Of a DNA stretch of 64,000 nucleotides, positions 42,394-52,347 are shown piece after piece. The DNA comes from an uncultured Clostridia bacterium (lineage in GTDB: Bacteria > Bacillota > Clostridia > Oscillospirales > Acutalibacteraceae), in NCBI GenBank assembly GCA_963930995.1, contig OZ006971.1, positions 481,319 to 545,318 of the forward strand. The letters run 5' to 3'. A model generated the notes under the pieces. That model saw nothing but the letters and a program-made list of their open reading frames with translations. It did not search any database and was not told where the DNA came from. The translations under genes and the position numbers were made by a program. How positions within the stretch are numbered: position 1 is the first letter of the stretch; every line of letters begins with the position of its first letter.

Positions 42394-43175
42394 AGCAAAG
42401 CGCCTCCTTTTTGTGCCTCTTCCCGCAGGGCCTGCACGCCGGCCCCGCCCGCGAGCAGAAGGCCCGCGTCGCTGTTCCAAAGCATGACCTGCATGCCGCT
42501 TGCGAGCCACGGCTTGAGCGGCGCGGCCCCGCCGAAATGGACGCCGGAATACTTCCCGGCCGCCTTTGCCGCCGCGATGACGCGCTCGAACGCCGCAACG
42601 ATTTCCGGCCGCGTGAACTGGTCGAGCACGCCGTAGTCCTGTGTCATGTCGTTCGGGCCGATGAACGCGACGTCGATGCCGTCAACCGAGAGGATTTCCT
42701 CGACGTGTTCGACGCCGGCGCGCGATTCGATCTGGCACATTAAGAGCGTCTCATCGTTTGCCTGCCGCATATAGGCCGGGCCGTCTACCTTCTGGAAATT
42801 CGTGTGCGGCCGCGAAAGCGATACGCCGCGGTGGCCGAGCGGCGCATATTTTGCGCAGTCGACGAGCATCTGTGCCTGTTCCTTCGATTCCGTGCTCGGC
42901 AGCAGGATGCCCTGGGCGCCCATTTCTAAAAATTTTAAGACGTGCTCGCGGCGCATTTCCGGAATGCGCACGAGTGCCGGCAGGCCGATGCCGCGGGATT
43001 CGGCCAGGATATTGGCGACTTCGCGGGTTGTAAACGAGCCGTGCTCGCAGTCGATGATAAAGAAGTCAAATCCGCAGTTCTGTAAAAGCCGCGCGATGTC
43101 CGGCAGCGGGAACGTCGTGACCATCGTGCCGAAAATGCTTTTTCCGGCGCGCAGTTTTTGTTTTAACGAAACCAT
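42390..43175 (-). CDS. HpcH/HpaI-family (GarL/RhmA-like) 2-keto-3-deoxy sugar-acid aldolase
   Basis: GFDFFIIDCEHG, KYAPLGHRG, QIES..GV and FIGPND. Confidence 0.9.
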   Translation of the reverse strand: MVSLKQKLRAGKSIFGTMVTTFPLPDIARLLQNCGFDFFIIDCEHGSFTTREVANILAESRGIGLPALVRIPEMRREHVLKFLEMGAQGILLPSTESKEQAQMLVDCAKYAPLGHRGVSLSRPHTNFQKVDGPAYMRQANDETLLMCQIESRAGVEHVEEILSVDGIDVAFIGPNDMTQDYGVLDQFTRPEIVAAFERVIAAAKAAGKYSGVHFGGAAPLKPWLASGMQVMLWNSDAGLLLAGGAGVQALREEAQKGGALL

Positions 43176-43211
43176 TTGTCGTTTCCCCTTTCTCATGGGT
43201 GTTTCGATCGT

Positions 43212-44228
43212 TTAAAGGGTGTCTAAATCGACGCTGTGCACGCGGCACAGCGGGGAATGGGCGAGCGCCTCCACTTCCTGCCGGGTCGGGAGCGCCGCGC
43301 CGATGGCGCCGCGGTGGCGGATGACGAGCGTGCCGGCGCTGTTGCAAAAGCCGGCGAGTTCTTCGAGCCCCATGCCCTCGCACAGCCCCACGCACAAAGC
43401 CGCCGCAAACGTATCGCCGGCGCCCGTCGGGTCGATGGGCGGCTCGTCGATGCCTTCCGCCACGGCCACGCGCCCGTCCATGCTCAAAATGGCGCCGTCT
43501 TTGTCGCGCGTCAAGGCAACCACGCGCGGCCCCATCGCGTGCAGTGCGCGCAGGACGTCCCCGATTTCCGTTTTGCCCGTGATCATCCGCCCCTCTTCCA
43601 GGGTCGGCGCCACGATATCCGCGTGCCGCACCGCCCACAGGAGCCGTTCGCGTGCGCCGTCGGCTGCGCAGAGCTCCGTGCGGATGTTCGGGTCGAACGA
43701 GACGAGCACATGCGCCTGCCGCGCAACCTCCACCAGCTTGTAGCAGACCGCCCGCATCGGTTCGCTGAGCTCGAGGAGCATCCCCGGGAAATGGACCGCA
43801 AAGGCGCTTGCGAGGTACGATTCGTCGAGTTCCTCCGCCCGCAGCTTGCTGCCGATCGAATCTTTGCGGTAATATTGGTACCTGCGCCCTTCTTCCAGGT
43901 ATTCGAGGAACGCGAGCCCGATCTGCCCCTCCTCGGCGCGGACCAGGCAGGATAAATCCACGCCCTGTTCCTCGAGCACGGTGACCGCCATGCGGCTTAA
44001 ACTGTCGCAGCCTACTTTCCCCACGAAGCCGGATTCTGCGCCGAGCCGTGCCGCCGCACAGGCGAAAATGCCCGCGGAACCGCTGGCCGTCTTGATGACC
44101 GGCCCCGCATCCGCAATGCGCATCCCCGCTTTTCCGGGAACCAGGTCAATCAAAAGTTCCCCGACCGCCACAATTTTGCCGGGGCTGCGTGCGCGAACCG
44201 TCCGTTTTCTCTCTACTTCTGTCTGCAC
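43212..44228 (-). CDS. PfkB-family sugar kinase
   Basis: VGELLID, SFDPNIR and DPTGAGDTF. Confidence 0.92.
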   Translation of the reverse strand: MQTEVERKRTVRARSPGKIVAVGELLIDLVPGKAGMRIADAGPVIKTASGSAGIFACAAARLGAESGFVGKVGCDSLSRMAVTVLEEQGVDLSCLVRAEEGQIGLAFLEYLEEGRRYQYYRKDSIGSKLRAEELDESYLASAFAVHFPGMLLELSEPMRAVCYKLVEVARQAHVLVSFDPNIRTELCAADGARERLLWAVRHADIVAPTLEEGRMITGKTEIGDVLRALHAMGPRVVALTRDKDGAILSMDGRVAVAEGIDEPPIDPTGAGDTFAAALCVGLCEGMGLEELAGFCNSAGTLVIRHRGAIGAALPTRQEVEALAHSPLCRVHSVDLDTL

Positions 44229-44300
44229 TGTCGATGGCTCCTTTCACAAGCAAGTTTATATTAGTAATAAATTCTAAATATCAATAAACTTATTAAGTGC

Positions 44301-44412
44301 AGTATACCGGAAAATTTGCGGTGTGTCAAGGGAATTCCAAGGATCTCACGTGAAATTCTTAAAAATTAACGAACGATTTCACGTTGACTTTCCCACGGAA
44401 AACGGGTATAAT
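44301..44412. promoter_or_regulatory. Divergent sigma-A promoters for the pfkB operon (-) and lacI (+)
   Basis: Minus strand TTGACA(44329-44324)-17-TATACT; plus strand TTGACT(44384)-17-TATAAT(44407). Confidence 0.75.
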
Positions 44413-44442
44413 ATTAGTGTAATATTATTAAAGGGAGCGTCC

Positions 44443-45519
44443 ATGCATATGAAAAAGCCAACTTCACAAGATGTGGCAAAATTGGCTGGTGTTTCACAGA
44501 CCGCGGTTTCGCTGATTTTAAACCACAGCGATAAAATTTCCTTTAGCAGCGAGACGAAGGAGCGCGTCTTCGCCGCCGCGCAGCAGCTGCAGTATAAGCT
44601 CCCTGCACGCAAAAAGCAGGCCCCCAAAAATGCGAACCGCATGATCCTCATCCTCACGCCGACCCTGACAAACCCCTATTACGGCGAGCTCGTGCAGGTG
44701 GCGGAGGACGCCGCCAACGATTTTGGCTACCGGACGATTGTCTGCAACACGTTCCGCAAGCCGGATCTCGAAAAATTTTACCTGGACACGTTTTTGAACA
44801 GCCGCGTAGACGGCATCCTCTATACCTTTTTGCCGAGCTTTCCGCGCCTGATCGAGCAGATCTCCTCGACGACCCCGGCCGTGCTCATCGGCGAAAAGGA
44901 GCCGGACCTCTCCATCTGTTCCATCGAATTGAGCAATATCCACGCGGGCGCCATGATGACGGAGCATTTGTATCAGCTGGGGCACCGCCGCTTCGCGTTC
45001 TTTTCCACGCCCTTTAACAAGACGACGCTCGCCCGCGAGCAGCGCCTGGAGGGCATCCGCCAGAAGCTCAAGGAGCACGGGCTGCCGCAGGATGCGCTGG
45101 AAGTCGTCGTGGAGGACCGCCAGGTAGAGACGGACAGCCCCGCCGACGGCTGCCCGTATGAATACAGCGTCGGCCGGCAGCTCGCCGCCGAATTTTTACA
45201 GCGCGGCAGCAAGGCGACGGCACTCATCGGCGTCAACGATATGACCGCACTCGGCATTTTAAACGAATTGCAGGCGCAGGGGCTGCCGGTGCCGCAGGCG
45301 TATTCGGTGTGCGGGTTCGACAACATCTTTTCGGCGCGCATTACGCTGCCGGCTTTGACGACGATTGACCACCACCTGCATGCGCGCTGCCGCTCCGCCG
45401 TTGAAATGATCGTCGAGCAGCACAACCGTGCGGAGTCGGTGCCGGCGCCGCTCGTCAATAAGATCGAATACGCGCCGCAGTTGATTGTCCGCGGCTCGAC
45501 GGGGCCGGCGCCGAAATAA
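44443..45519 (+). CDS. LacI-family transcriptional regulator
   Basis: TSQDVAKLAGVSQTAVSLILN HTH; NPYY, GHRR, ND..ALG, GFDNI and LTTI. Confidence 0.93.
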   Translation: MHMKKPTSQDVAKLAGVSQTAVSLILNHSDKISFSSETKERVFAAAQQLQYKLPARKKQAPKNANRMILILTPTLTNPYYGELVQVAEDAANDFGYRTIVCNTFRKPDLEKFYLDTFLNSRVDGILYTFLPSFPRLIEQISSTTPAVLIGEKEPDLSICSIELSNIHAGAMMTEHLYQLGHRRFAFFSTPFNKTTLAREQRLEGIRQKLKEHGLPQDALEVVVEDRQVETDSPADGCPYEYSVGRQLAAEFLQRGSKATALIGVNDMTALGILNELQAQGLPVPQAYSVCGFDNIFSARITLPALTTIDHHLHARCRSAVEMIVEQHNRAESVPAPLVNKIEYAPQLIVRGSTGPAPK

Positions 45520-45563
45520 CCTTTCGTCCCCTTTCCGCATAAGATAGCGCGGAGGTGGAAGGG

Positions 45564-45740
45564 ATGATGGAGATGCAGACGTATCACTGCCAGGACCCGG
45601 CGGAAAACCCGGTGCCGGCGTGGCTTGTCCGCCGCAAGGAGGCGGAACCGAAGCCGCAGGAGTCGGACCCGGTCGCGCGCTTTAAGCAGGATCCGGACGC
45701 TTTTTTCCCGGATTTTATCAGTCAAAAAGGCGGCCGCTAA
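45564..45740 (+). CDS. Small hypothetical protein
   Basis: GGAGG RBS; fills the gap before a terminator hairpin at 45740-45785. Confidence 0.45.
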   Translation: MMEMQTYHCQDPAENPVPAWLVRRKEAEPKPQESDPVARFKQDPDAFFPDFISQKGGR

Positions 45741-45801
45741 AAAAAGCGGTGCCCTTCCGTTTCGGAAAGGGCACCGCTTTTCCTTTTTGGGGGTTATGCC
45801 G

Positions 45802-46191
45802 TCATCTGCCGAAGCGCTTTTTGCGGTAGCCGTTTTTGCGGTCGCTTTCCAAAACCTCGGTGCAAGCCCACGCCGCGGGTTTGCCGTCGAAGAAGAGCGC
45901 GCCGTCCTCACGGAGGCCGGTCACTTTCTGCGGCACATCCCCCGCCGTGGCGGGCAGGTCCTTCCACGAAACGGTGCCGTCCCCGGAAACGGGGTCGCTC
46001 CAAACCGAGAACACGACGCACGCGGCCTCGCCGCCGCAGCTGCGCTCCAGACGCAGGCGGCCGTCGCGGTATACATACACACAGTCGCGGAATTTCCACG
46101 GCCCCGGCCCCCGCTCATAGCGGCAGGCGGCTTTCCCCTTCGGCACGGGGTCCCCGCGCCGAAGGGCGGCAAGCTCTTCGGGTGTCACCAT
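45802..46191 (-). CDS. Hypothetical protein
   Basis: AAGGAGG RBS directly after the pyrE stop. Confidence 0.6.
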   Translation of the reverse strand: MVTPEELAALRRGDPVPKGKAACRYERGPGPWKFRDCVYVYRDGRLRLERSCGGEAACVVFSVWSDPVSGDGTVSWKDLPATAGDVPQKVTGLREDGALFFDGKPAAWACTEVLESDRKNGYRKKRFGR

Positions 46192-46206
46192 AGGGCGTGC
46201 CTCCTT

Positions 46207-46863
46207 TTAGATGCAGTATTTCTCCATATAGGCGTCCATCTTCGGCAGCAGCGCCTCATAGCCGCCGTGTTCCGCAAGCCACGCGCGGATGTCGCGCACG
46301 GTTACGAGCGAATGGACCGTGATGCCGAATTCCTCCTGGACCTCCATAATCGCGGTCTTGCCGGGCGTTTGGCCGACCTCACAGCGGTTGACGGAGATGA
46401 ACATGTCGCGGCACTGGATGTCGCCGCACGCGCGCAGGATCGGCATCGTCTCGCGCACGGCGGTGCCGGCGGTGATGACATCCTCAATGATTGCAATGCG
46501 GTCGCCGTCTTTCGGGCGGTAGCCGACGAGGTTGCCGCCTTCGCCGTGGTCTTTGACCTCTTTGCGGTTGAAGAAGTAGGGCTTATCGAGGCCGTACTCG
46601 CGGTACAGCGAGGCCGCGCAGGCCGTGACGAGCGGGATGCCCTTGTACGCCGGGCCGAACAGCGCGTCGAAGCTTGCCCCCGTGTCGTGGACGAGTCGGG
46701 CGTAGAAGGTGCCGAGGCCCGCGACCTGGGCGCCGGTCTTGTAGTTCCCGGTGTTGATAAAGTACGGCGTGTTGCGCCCGCTCTTCGTCACGAAATCGCC
46801 GAAGCGCAGCACGTCGGCGTCCATCATGAATTCGATAAATTTCTGCTTTTCTGCAGCCAGCAT
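46207..46863 (-). CDS. pyrE: Orotate phosphoribosyltransferase
   Basis: FVTKSGR.TPYF, FGPAYKGIP, FNRKE.KDHGEGG and IEDVITAGT. Confidence 0.97.
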   Translation of the reverse strand: MLAAEKQKFIEFMMDADVLRFGDFVTKSGRNTPYFINTGNYKTGAQVAGLGTFYARLVHDTGASFDALFGPAYKGIPLVTACAASLYREYGLDKPYFFNRKEVKDHGEGGNLVGYRPKDGDRIAIIEDVITAGTAVRETMPILRACGDIQCRDMFISVNRCEVGQTPGKTAIMEVQEEFGITVHSLVTVRDIRAWLAEHGGYEALLPKMDAYMEKYCI

Positions 46864-47068
46864 CTTGCGTCTCTCCTCCGGAAGATTTTGTTTGTTTCAT
46901 TATACCGCACCGGGCGGGAGAATACAAATAAAAGCCTTTGCCCGGCGGCCCTTTTTTGCCTTTTTGGCGCGCGGGGCGCATAGCGAAGGCAGCGGCACAG
47001 ATTCAAAAAGGACGCCGCCGCAAGGCCGGGCGTAAAATCCCGAAAGCGGTAAAAAAACAGGGCTCCCC

Positions 47069-47095
47069 TGAAACTTTTGGCGCCGGGGCGTCGTA
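47069..47095 (+). promoter_or_regulatory. Putative autoregulatory ECF-sigma promoter
   Basis: TGAAACtttt with 17 nt to CGTA, resembling SigW-type TGAAAC-N16/17-CGTA. Confidence 0.45.
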
Positions 47096-47195
47096 TCGCT
47101 TACGAAGGGCAAACAGGAAACCCTTTCGGGCCCGGGCGTTTTCTGCCCCTTGTGTGAAATACGTTGAATCCGCAAAAGAAAGGAGGCAAGGCCGC

Positions 47196-47741
47196 ATGAA
47201 ATCCGCAAACCTGCGCGATGAGGCCTTTATGGAGCACGCCATTTCCGCGTACGGCGACCTTGTGTACCGCATGGCCGTGCTGCATACCGGCAGCCGCGAG
47301 GACGCAAAGGATGTGTTCCAGGAGGTGTTTTTCAATCTCTTGCAGACCGACACCCCCTTTGCCTCCGAAGAGCATTTAAAGGCATGGCTTCTGCGCGCCG
47401 TGCTGCACCGCAGCCGCGACCTGCTCGGCAGCGCGTACCGCCGCCACCGCACCGACCTGCGCGAGGATATCCCGTTTTCCGACCCCGAAGACGCCGAACT
47501 GTGGGACGCCGTGCAGCGCCTCCCGCAAAAATACCGCGACATCATCCATTTGTACTATTTCGAGGGATACGCGACCGACGAGATCGCGTCCCTTCTCGGC
47601 AAAAAGCCTGCCACCGTGCGCACGCAGATGCGCCGGGCCCGGCAGGCGCTTAAAAAACTTTTAGGAGGGACTTTTGATGAAACCGAACCGTTACCGCAGG
47701 ATGGCCGAGCAGTTTCATGCAGAGGAACCGCTCAAAAATGA
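47196..47741 (+). CDS. ECF RNA polymerase sigma factor
   Basis: DAKDVFQEVF, HLKAWL, LPQKYR.IIHLYYFEG and TVRTQMRRAR; AAGGAGG RBS. Confidence 0.93.
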   Translation: MKSANLRDEAFMEHAISAYGDLVYRMAVLHTGSREDAKDVFQEVFFNLLQTDTPFASEEHLKAWLLRAVLHRSRDLLGSAYRRHRTDLREDIPFSDPEDAELWDAVQRLPQKYRDIIHLYYFEGYATDEIASLLGKKPATVRTQMRRARQALKKLLGGTFDETEPLPQDGRAVSCRGTAQK

Positions 47742-48510
47742 GACGCGGCAGAAGATCGCCGACGCGCGCCTGAACCTTTCGAAGACGAAAAAACGCCGCC
47801 CGCGCTGGCAGCCCGTCGTTGCCTGCGCCTGCGCCCTCGCACTCGCGGTGGGACTTTCCGCGATTCCGCAGCCGCAGGGCGTCCAAAGCACTTCGCAAAC
47901 GTCGAATAGTCAGAACACACTGATCGACGGCTTCCTTTTAACGGCCTACGCCGCGGACGAAAATATTCAAGTTCCAGATAAAGCAAGCCATGAACTCATT
48001 ACGTTTGAAGGAGATGGCATTGGCGGCATGGGCGGACCTTTCTACACAGGATTTCTTTTTCAAATTGAGGGATCCAACATTGCTACCGTCGCCCTTTCCA
48101 TCGACAAAGGAAATTTATATATTGAACACAGTCTAGAAAAAAACTATGATCGTTCTGATATGTCTTCCAAAGAACTTTTGCCGAATTCTGTAACGCTGCC
48201 ATGGAGCAAAGATTTGGCCGTTGGTTTTGCGTTAGATGCTGAAACGGATGCATCAATTCCAGATACAGGCGATCTACGTGAGGAATGGCACAGCCGCCTT
48301 GACTATTTTAATGGTGCCACATTAACTATCACTGTCACATTTTTAGATGGCACAACACAGACAGATGTGCATCATCTAAAAGCGGGCCGATTAAAAACAG
48401 TTGGAAACGATGAAGGAGGTTGGGATATTCTCCCAATCGAAGTACCCGAATCCGAAAAGGCTACGACAATATATACCTACGCCATCTACGACGAAGACTT
48501 TGTCTTCTGA
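47677..48510 (+). CDS. Putative anti-sigma factor (single TM, extracellular domain)
   Basis: Overlaps the sigma 3' end; short basic cytoplasmic part, TM (VVACACALALAVGL), external domain. Confidence 0.7.
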   Translation: MKPNRYRRMAEQFHAEEPLKNETRQKIADARLNLSKTKKRRPRWQPVVACACALALAVGLSAIPQPQGVQSTSQTSNSQNTLIDGFLLTAYAADENIQVPDKASHELITFEGDGIGGMGGPFYTGFLFQIEGSNIATVALSIDKGNLYIEHSLEKNYDRSDMSSKELLPNSVTLPWSKDLAVGFALDAETDASIPDTGDLREEWHSRLDYFNGATLTITVTFLDGTTQTDVHHLKAGRLKTVGNDEGGWDILPIEVPESEKATTIYTYAIYDEDFVF

Positions 48511-48733
48511 TTTTTCTTCCGCATACACGTTCTGTTTATCCTTCCAGGCGCCGGAACCCCCGGCGCCTATTTTGTTGTTGCAGGCGCTGCTTATGAAGGC
48601 GCCAAAGCTTTCAAAAAATAAAAAAGAGGGAGCAGGGCCCCCTCCCAAATCAGACAAAGCGGCGGGCGCCAACTCCCAAAAGGAACCGGCGCCCGCCATT
48701 TTCATAAGGTGCGCGCAAGCGCATGTTTCAAAT

Positions 48734-50992
48734 TTAATACGAAAGCCCGAAATTCATCTCGTAATAGTTCCCGGCTGCGTCGCGATAGGCGTACGCCTTG
48801 CCGTTTTCGTCTTTCAGGGAATCGGGCATGTATTGGTCCTTGTCATACCCCGGCACGTCGTTCGGGCTCACACACACGCCCTGCGCGTCGACTTCGAGCA
48901 CCGCGTCGCCGCGCGGCAGTGTGATCGGCAGCTTGCCCGTCGGCGCGAAACGGCCGGACAAAACGTCCAAAATGGCCGGCTGGTACGTGTTAAAGCCCGC
49001 CGTCAGCGCGTCGGCGTACGGCTCGACATTCCCAAGTTCCCACGCGAGCGTGAAGTTGACGTGAATGACCACCTTGCCGCCATGGCCGCGCACGGCCTTC
49101 GCAATCTCCGCGATGCGGGAAGCCCCGGCAAGCGTCGTCTCCACGTGCGTTTCCGCCTTCGGGCGGCCCTGCTCGTCGACGTCGTGCACGACCTTGCCGT
49201 CGCAGATGTCGAGTTCCAAAAATCCCGGCGTCGCGCTGAAATACGCGCCCGAAGACGGCGAAACGAACAGAACCGCATAATCGGCTTTGGCCCGGTCATC
49301 GGTCAGCGTCCACTCTTTTCCGAGCGCCTCGCGCAGCGCGGCCGTTGCTGCCGCCGCGTCGCGTTCTTCCTTTGCGAACGCTTCGGCGTAAATTGTTTTC
49401 CCCGCGCATTTTTCGGGCGTCAAGGGCAGCGTGCCGTCATTTTTGAGCAGCACGACGCTCTTGCGGTGCGCGTCCATCGCCTGGTCCCAATACGCCGGCT
49501 TCCCCGCGGTTTTGGCGGCCGCCTTTGCGTCGCGGTAGGGATTATCGAACATGCCCAGGCGGAACAGCTCCGTCAGTGTGCGCGTGACGGCCCGGTCGAT
49601 CGATTCATCCGTCAGGACGAGCTCCTCTTTCGTAAAGCCCTCCGGCAGCGGGTGCGTGTCGTAGTAGCCGTTTTGGCTGCGCTCGTAGGCCTCGAGCCCC
49701 GCGTCGTTGTCGAACAGGCCGCTGATCAGGTCGACGCCGCTGTTCGTGACCGCAAAGCCGATGCGCTCCGGCACGTCGAGCATCTCCACGCCCCAGTCCA
49801 TGTTGTGGAGGATGCCGGTGTCGGAATTGATATAGCCCGCAAAACCCATCTGCTTGCGCAGCAGCCCATCGATCAGCGGCTTATTAAAGGCAAAACCGTA
49901 CGGCAGGAAATCGAGCGGCTTGCCGTCTTTGTCCTCTTGCGGGGCGCTCTTTTCCTTGGCCGGCTTCGCGTAGTACGGCATAATCGACGCCGCGCGGCAG
50001 TCAACCGCCACCTGGAAGGCCGGCAGATGGTATTTCTGCAGGCTGCCTTCGGTTTGGTAGACGTTCCACTGGCCCATCTGATAGTGCGGGTCAAAGCCGT
50101 TTTCGCGTGCGCCGCCGCCCGGGAAATGCTTGACGGTCATCGCGACGCCGTCTTCCGTCACGCCGTCCGCGCTGCCCTGGATGCGCGGGATCAAGTGGCG
50201 GAAAATGTCGCAGATGAGCTGTGTGTCCTCGCCAAAGGTGCCGAACGTGCGCTGCCAGCGCGGGTCCGTCATCGTGTCGGCCATGTACATGTAGCCTTTG
50301 CGCAGGCCCGCGGCGTTCCAGCAGTCGCGGATGCAGTCGGCAAATTCGTCGGCAATATGGAGGCCGTCGCCCTTGACAGCCGCCGCAATCCCCAGCGTTC
50401 CCGGCCACGTCGGGAATACGCCGGCCGCGTCGTTCATGCCGTAAACGACTTCACCGTTTTCGTTTCGGGAATTCGACACCACTTCCACCGGGATAAAATG
50501 CGTGCATTCCTCGGCAACTTTTTGCAGCTGGTTTAAATAGTCGGCCAGATCTTCCGCCGGCGGGTTCGCGCGCAGGATCAGATGGCGCGAAAACCATTCC
50601 TTTAACAGGGTAGAGGTGCCGGGCAGATGCTGGTCGCCGAAAATTGTGCGGCCGTGGAATTCACCCTCGTCGAGTGTGCCGGATTCGTCGAGGACAACCT
50701 GCTTTTCGTCGTCGGCTTCGGCGCCGGATTTTGCGTTCTGGAATTTGCCCATGCGCCAGTCCGAAATGAACAGCTGCGCAATCTTTTCCTTGCGCGACAG
50801 GACCTTTACATACGCCGCGGCGCGCGTTTCCGGCGGCAGGCGCCAGTCGTTGACGGCGGAAACTTCCCCGGAACCGTCGATATCCTTAAAATATTTTCCG
50901 TCCTGCTCGAGAATGTTTCGCGCGACCGTACTCACGGTGGCGCCGTTTTCGTTGTGGTACACGCGGAAGCTGTCGGATGCTTTCTTTCCCAT
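48734..50992 (-). CDS. Glycoside hydrolase family 3 (cytoplasmic)
   Basis: DPRWQR..GTFGE, KHFPGGG, GYINSDTG nucleophile, SVVLLKN and GKLPITLP; no signal peptide. Confidence 0.92.
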   Translation of the reverse strand: MGKKASDSFRVYHNENGATVSTVARNILEQDGKYFKDIDGSGEVSAVNDWRLPPETRAAAYVKVLSRKEKIAQLFISDWRMGKFQNAKSGAEADDEKQVVLDESGTLDEGEFHGRTIFGDQHLPGTSTLLKEWFSRHLILRANPPAEDLADYLNQLQKVAEECTHFIPVEVVSNSRNENGEVVYGMNDAAGVFPTWPGTLGIAAAVKGDGLHIADEFADCIRDCWNAAGLRKGYMYMADTMTDPRWQRTFGTFGEDTQLICDIFRHLIPRIQGSADGVTEDGVAMTVKHFPGGGARENGFDPHYQMGQWNVYQTEGSLQKYHLPAFQVAVDCRAASIMPYYAKPAKEKSAPQEDKDGKPLDFLPYGFAFNKPLIDGLLRKQMGFAGYINSDTGILHNMDWGVEMLDVPERIGFAVTNSGVDLISGLFDNDAGLEAYERSQNGYYDTHPLPEGFTKEELVLTDESIDRAVTRTLTELFRLGMFDNPYRDAKAAAKTAGKPAYWDQAMDAHRKSVVLLKNDGTLPLTPEKCAGKTIYAEAFAKEERDAAAATAALREALGKEWTLTDDRAKADYAVLFVSPSSGAYFSATPGFLELDICDGKVVHDVDEQGRPKAETHVETTLAGASRIAEIAKAVRGHGGKVVIHVNFTLAWELGNVEPYADALTAGFNTYQPAILDVLSGRFAPTGKLPITLPRGDAVLEVDAQGVCVSPNDVPGYDKDQYMPDSLKDENGKAYAYRDAAGNYYEMNFGLSY

Positions 50993-51210
50993 GGTTTTTA
51001 GGACCTCCTTTAACTTTTTGTTTGATTTATTCTATTTTATCACGCCCTATTTTTGAATTCTATAAAGTTTTTCAGTGGTTTCCGGAAAATTTTTGCTTTT
51101 CAAAAAAATTTCGGCGAATCCCGCAAAAAGGCCAAAGCACCGGGTGCCGCATCCGAAGAGGCGGCGCCCGGTGCTTTGTATCCATTTAGGAGAAATATGA
51201 GAAAAAACGT

Positions 51211-52347
51211 TTAATCAAGGGAAAGGGGGACCATCCGCTTTTCGTTGTACGACTGCAGGGCCGCCGTCAAAAGCAGATGGCTTTTGTGCGCCTCGTCGGG
51301 TGTAAAGCACGGGAACGCACAGGGCAGGCCGCGCAGCTCGCTGGTAAAGGCGGCGAGCATCTGCAAAATGGAGTCCGAGAACCCGAATTCAAAAATGCCG
51401 CCCGTGATGACGGGGAACAGCGGCGCCTGCCCGACGACGAGCCGCGTCCAAGCCTGTTTTTGCCCCATGGATTGGGTGAAATAGACGGCGTTTGGATCAT
51501 CGGTCGTAAAGCGCGCGGACAGATTGATGCCGTCAATTTCGTATTCGACGGTGTTCGTGCAGCCCGGCGCCATGCGTTTCATTTCAAACACCATCGGGAA
51601 CACATCGCCGTTTTGGTCGTGCCCCTCGCAGGAAAGGACCGCGTTGTCCCACGTTTCGCAGGGGACGGGTGCGCCGTTGGGGCCGGGGCGCGTTTTGACG
51701 AGGTTTGCAAGCTGCGCCCCGACCATATGCGGCAAAAGCCCGAGCCGGAACGGCAGATGCTGCGTGTGAATGCCGAGATCCCCCATGCAGCCGTAGTCGC
51801 CGTTTTTGTCGCGCTGGCGTTTCCAGTTGATTGGCTTTTTTAAGTCCATGTCGGAGGAATGCTTAATCGCAAAGCGCGCTTCGATCACCTGGCCGAATGC
51901 GCCCGCCTGGAACCAGCGCACGATCTGCTGGACGGCCGGGTAATACGGGAATTCGCTCGAGCAGCGCACAAAAATGTCCGGGCGCTGCTGCATCGCAGAT
52001 TGGATGGTTTCGAAGGCGGACAAATCCATGCCAAACGGCTTTTCCCCCAATAAATGTTTGCCGGACAGGATGATATCGCGGTAGACCTTCGCGTGCAGCG
52101 CGTGCGGCAGCGCGCAGTAAACGGCCTCGATCTCCGGGTTTTGCAGCAGTTCGCGGTAATCGCGGTAAAAGGCGTGGACCGTCGGGATTTTCCGAAACCA
52201 GTTTAAGTTTTCTTCGGACGTGTCGCACGCGGCCACAATCACCGGGCGCGGCAGATCGCCTAACAGGTGCGGCCAGCGCAGGGAAGCGGTCGCGAGTTCG
52301 CGCCCCATAAGGCCGCAGCCGATAAAACCAAAGCGGACAGGTTTCAT
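51211..52347 (-). CDS. Gfo/Idh/MocA oxidoreductase (1)
   Basis: GFIGCGLMG, EKPFG and GCMGDLGIH. Confidence 0.9.
   Translation of the reverse strand: MKPVRFGFIGCGLMGRELATASLRWPHLLGDLPRPVIVAACDTSEENLNWFRKIPTVHAFYRDYRELLQNPEIEAVYCALPHALHAKVYRDIILSGKHLLGEKPFGMDLSAFETIQSAMQQRPDIFVRCSSEFPYYPAVQQIVRWFQAGAFGQVIEARFAIKHSSDMDLKKPINWKRQRDKNGDYGCMGDLGIHTQHLPFRLGLLPHMVGAQLANLVKTRPGPNGAPVPCETWDNAVLSCEGHDQNGDVFPMVFEMKRMAPGCTNTVEYEIDGINLSARFTTDDPNAVYFTQSMGQKQAWTRLVVGQAPLFPVITGGIFEFGFSDSILQMLAAFTSELRGLPCAFPCFTPDEAHKSHLLLTAALQSYNEKRMVPLSLD

Noticed and set aside
46864-47195. PyrR attenuator upstream of pyrE
   Set aside because: No AGUCCAGAGAGGCU-like binding loop was seen, and the leader appears very short
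48401-50536. 711-aa plus-strand ORF, and similar long antisense ORFs (443-1414, 23837-25294, 45625-46983, 18537-20141)
   Set aside because: Shadow ORFs overlapping well-supported genes in high-GC DNA, with no recognisable motifs
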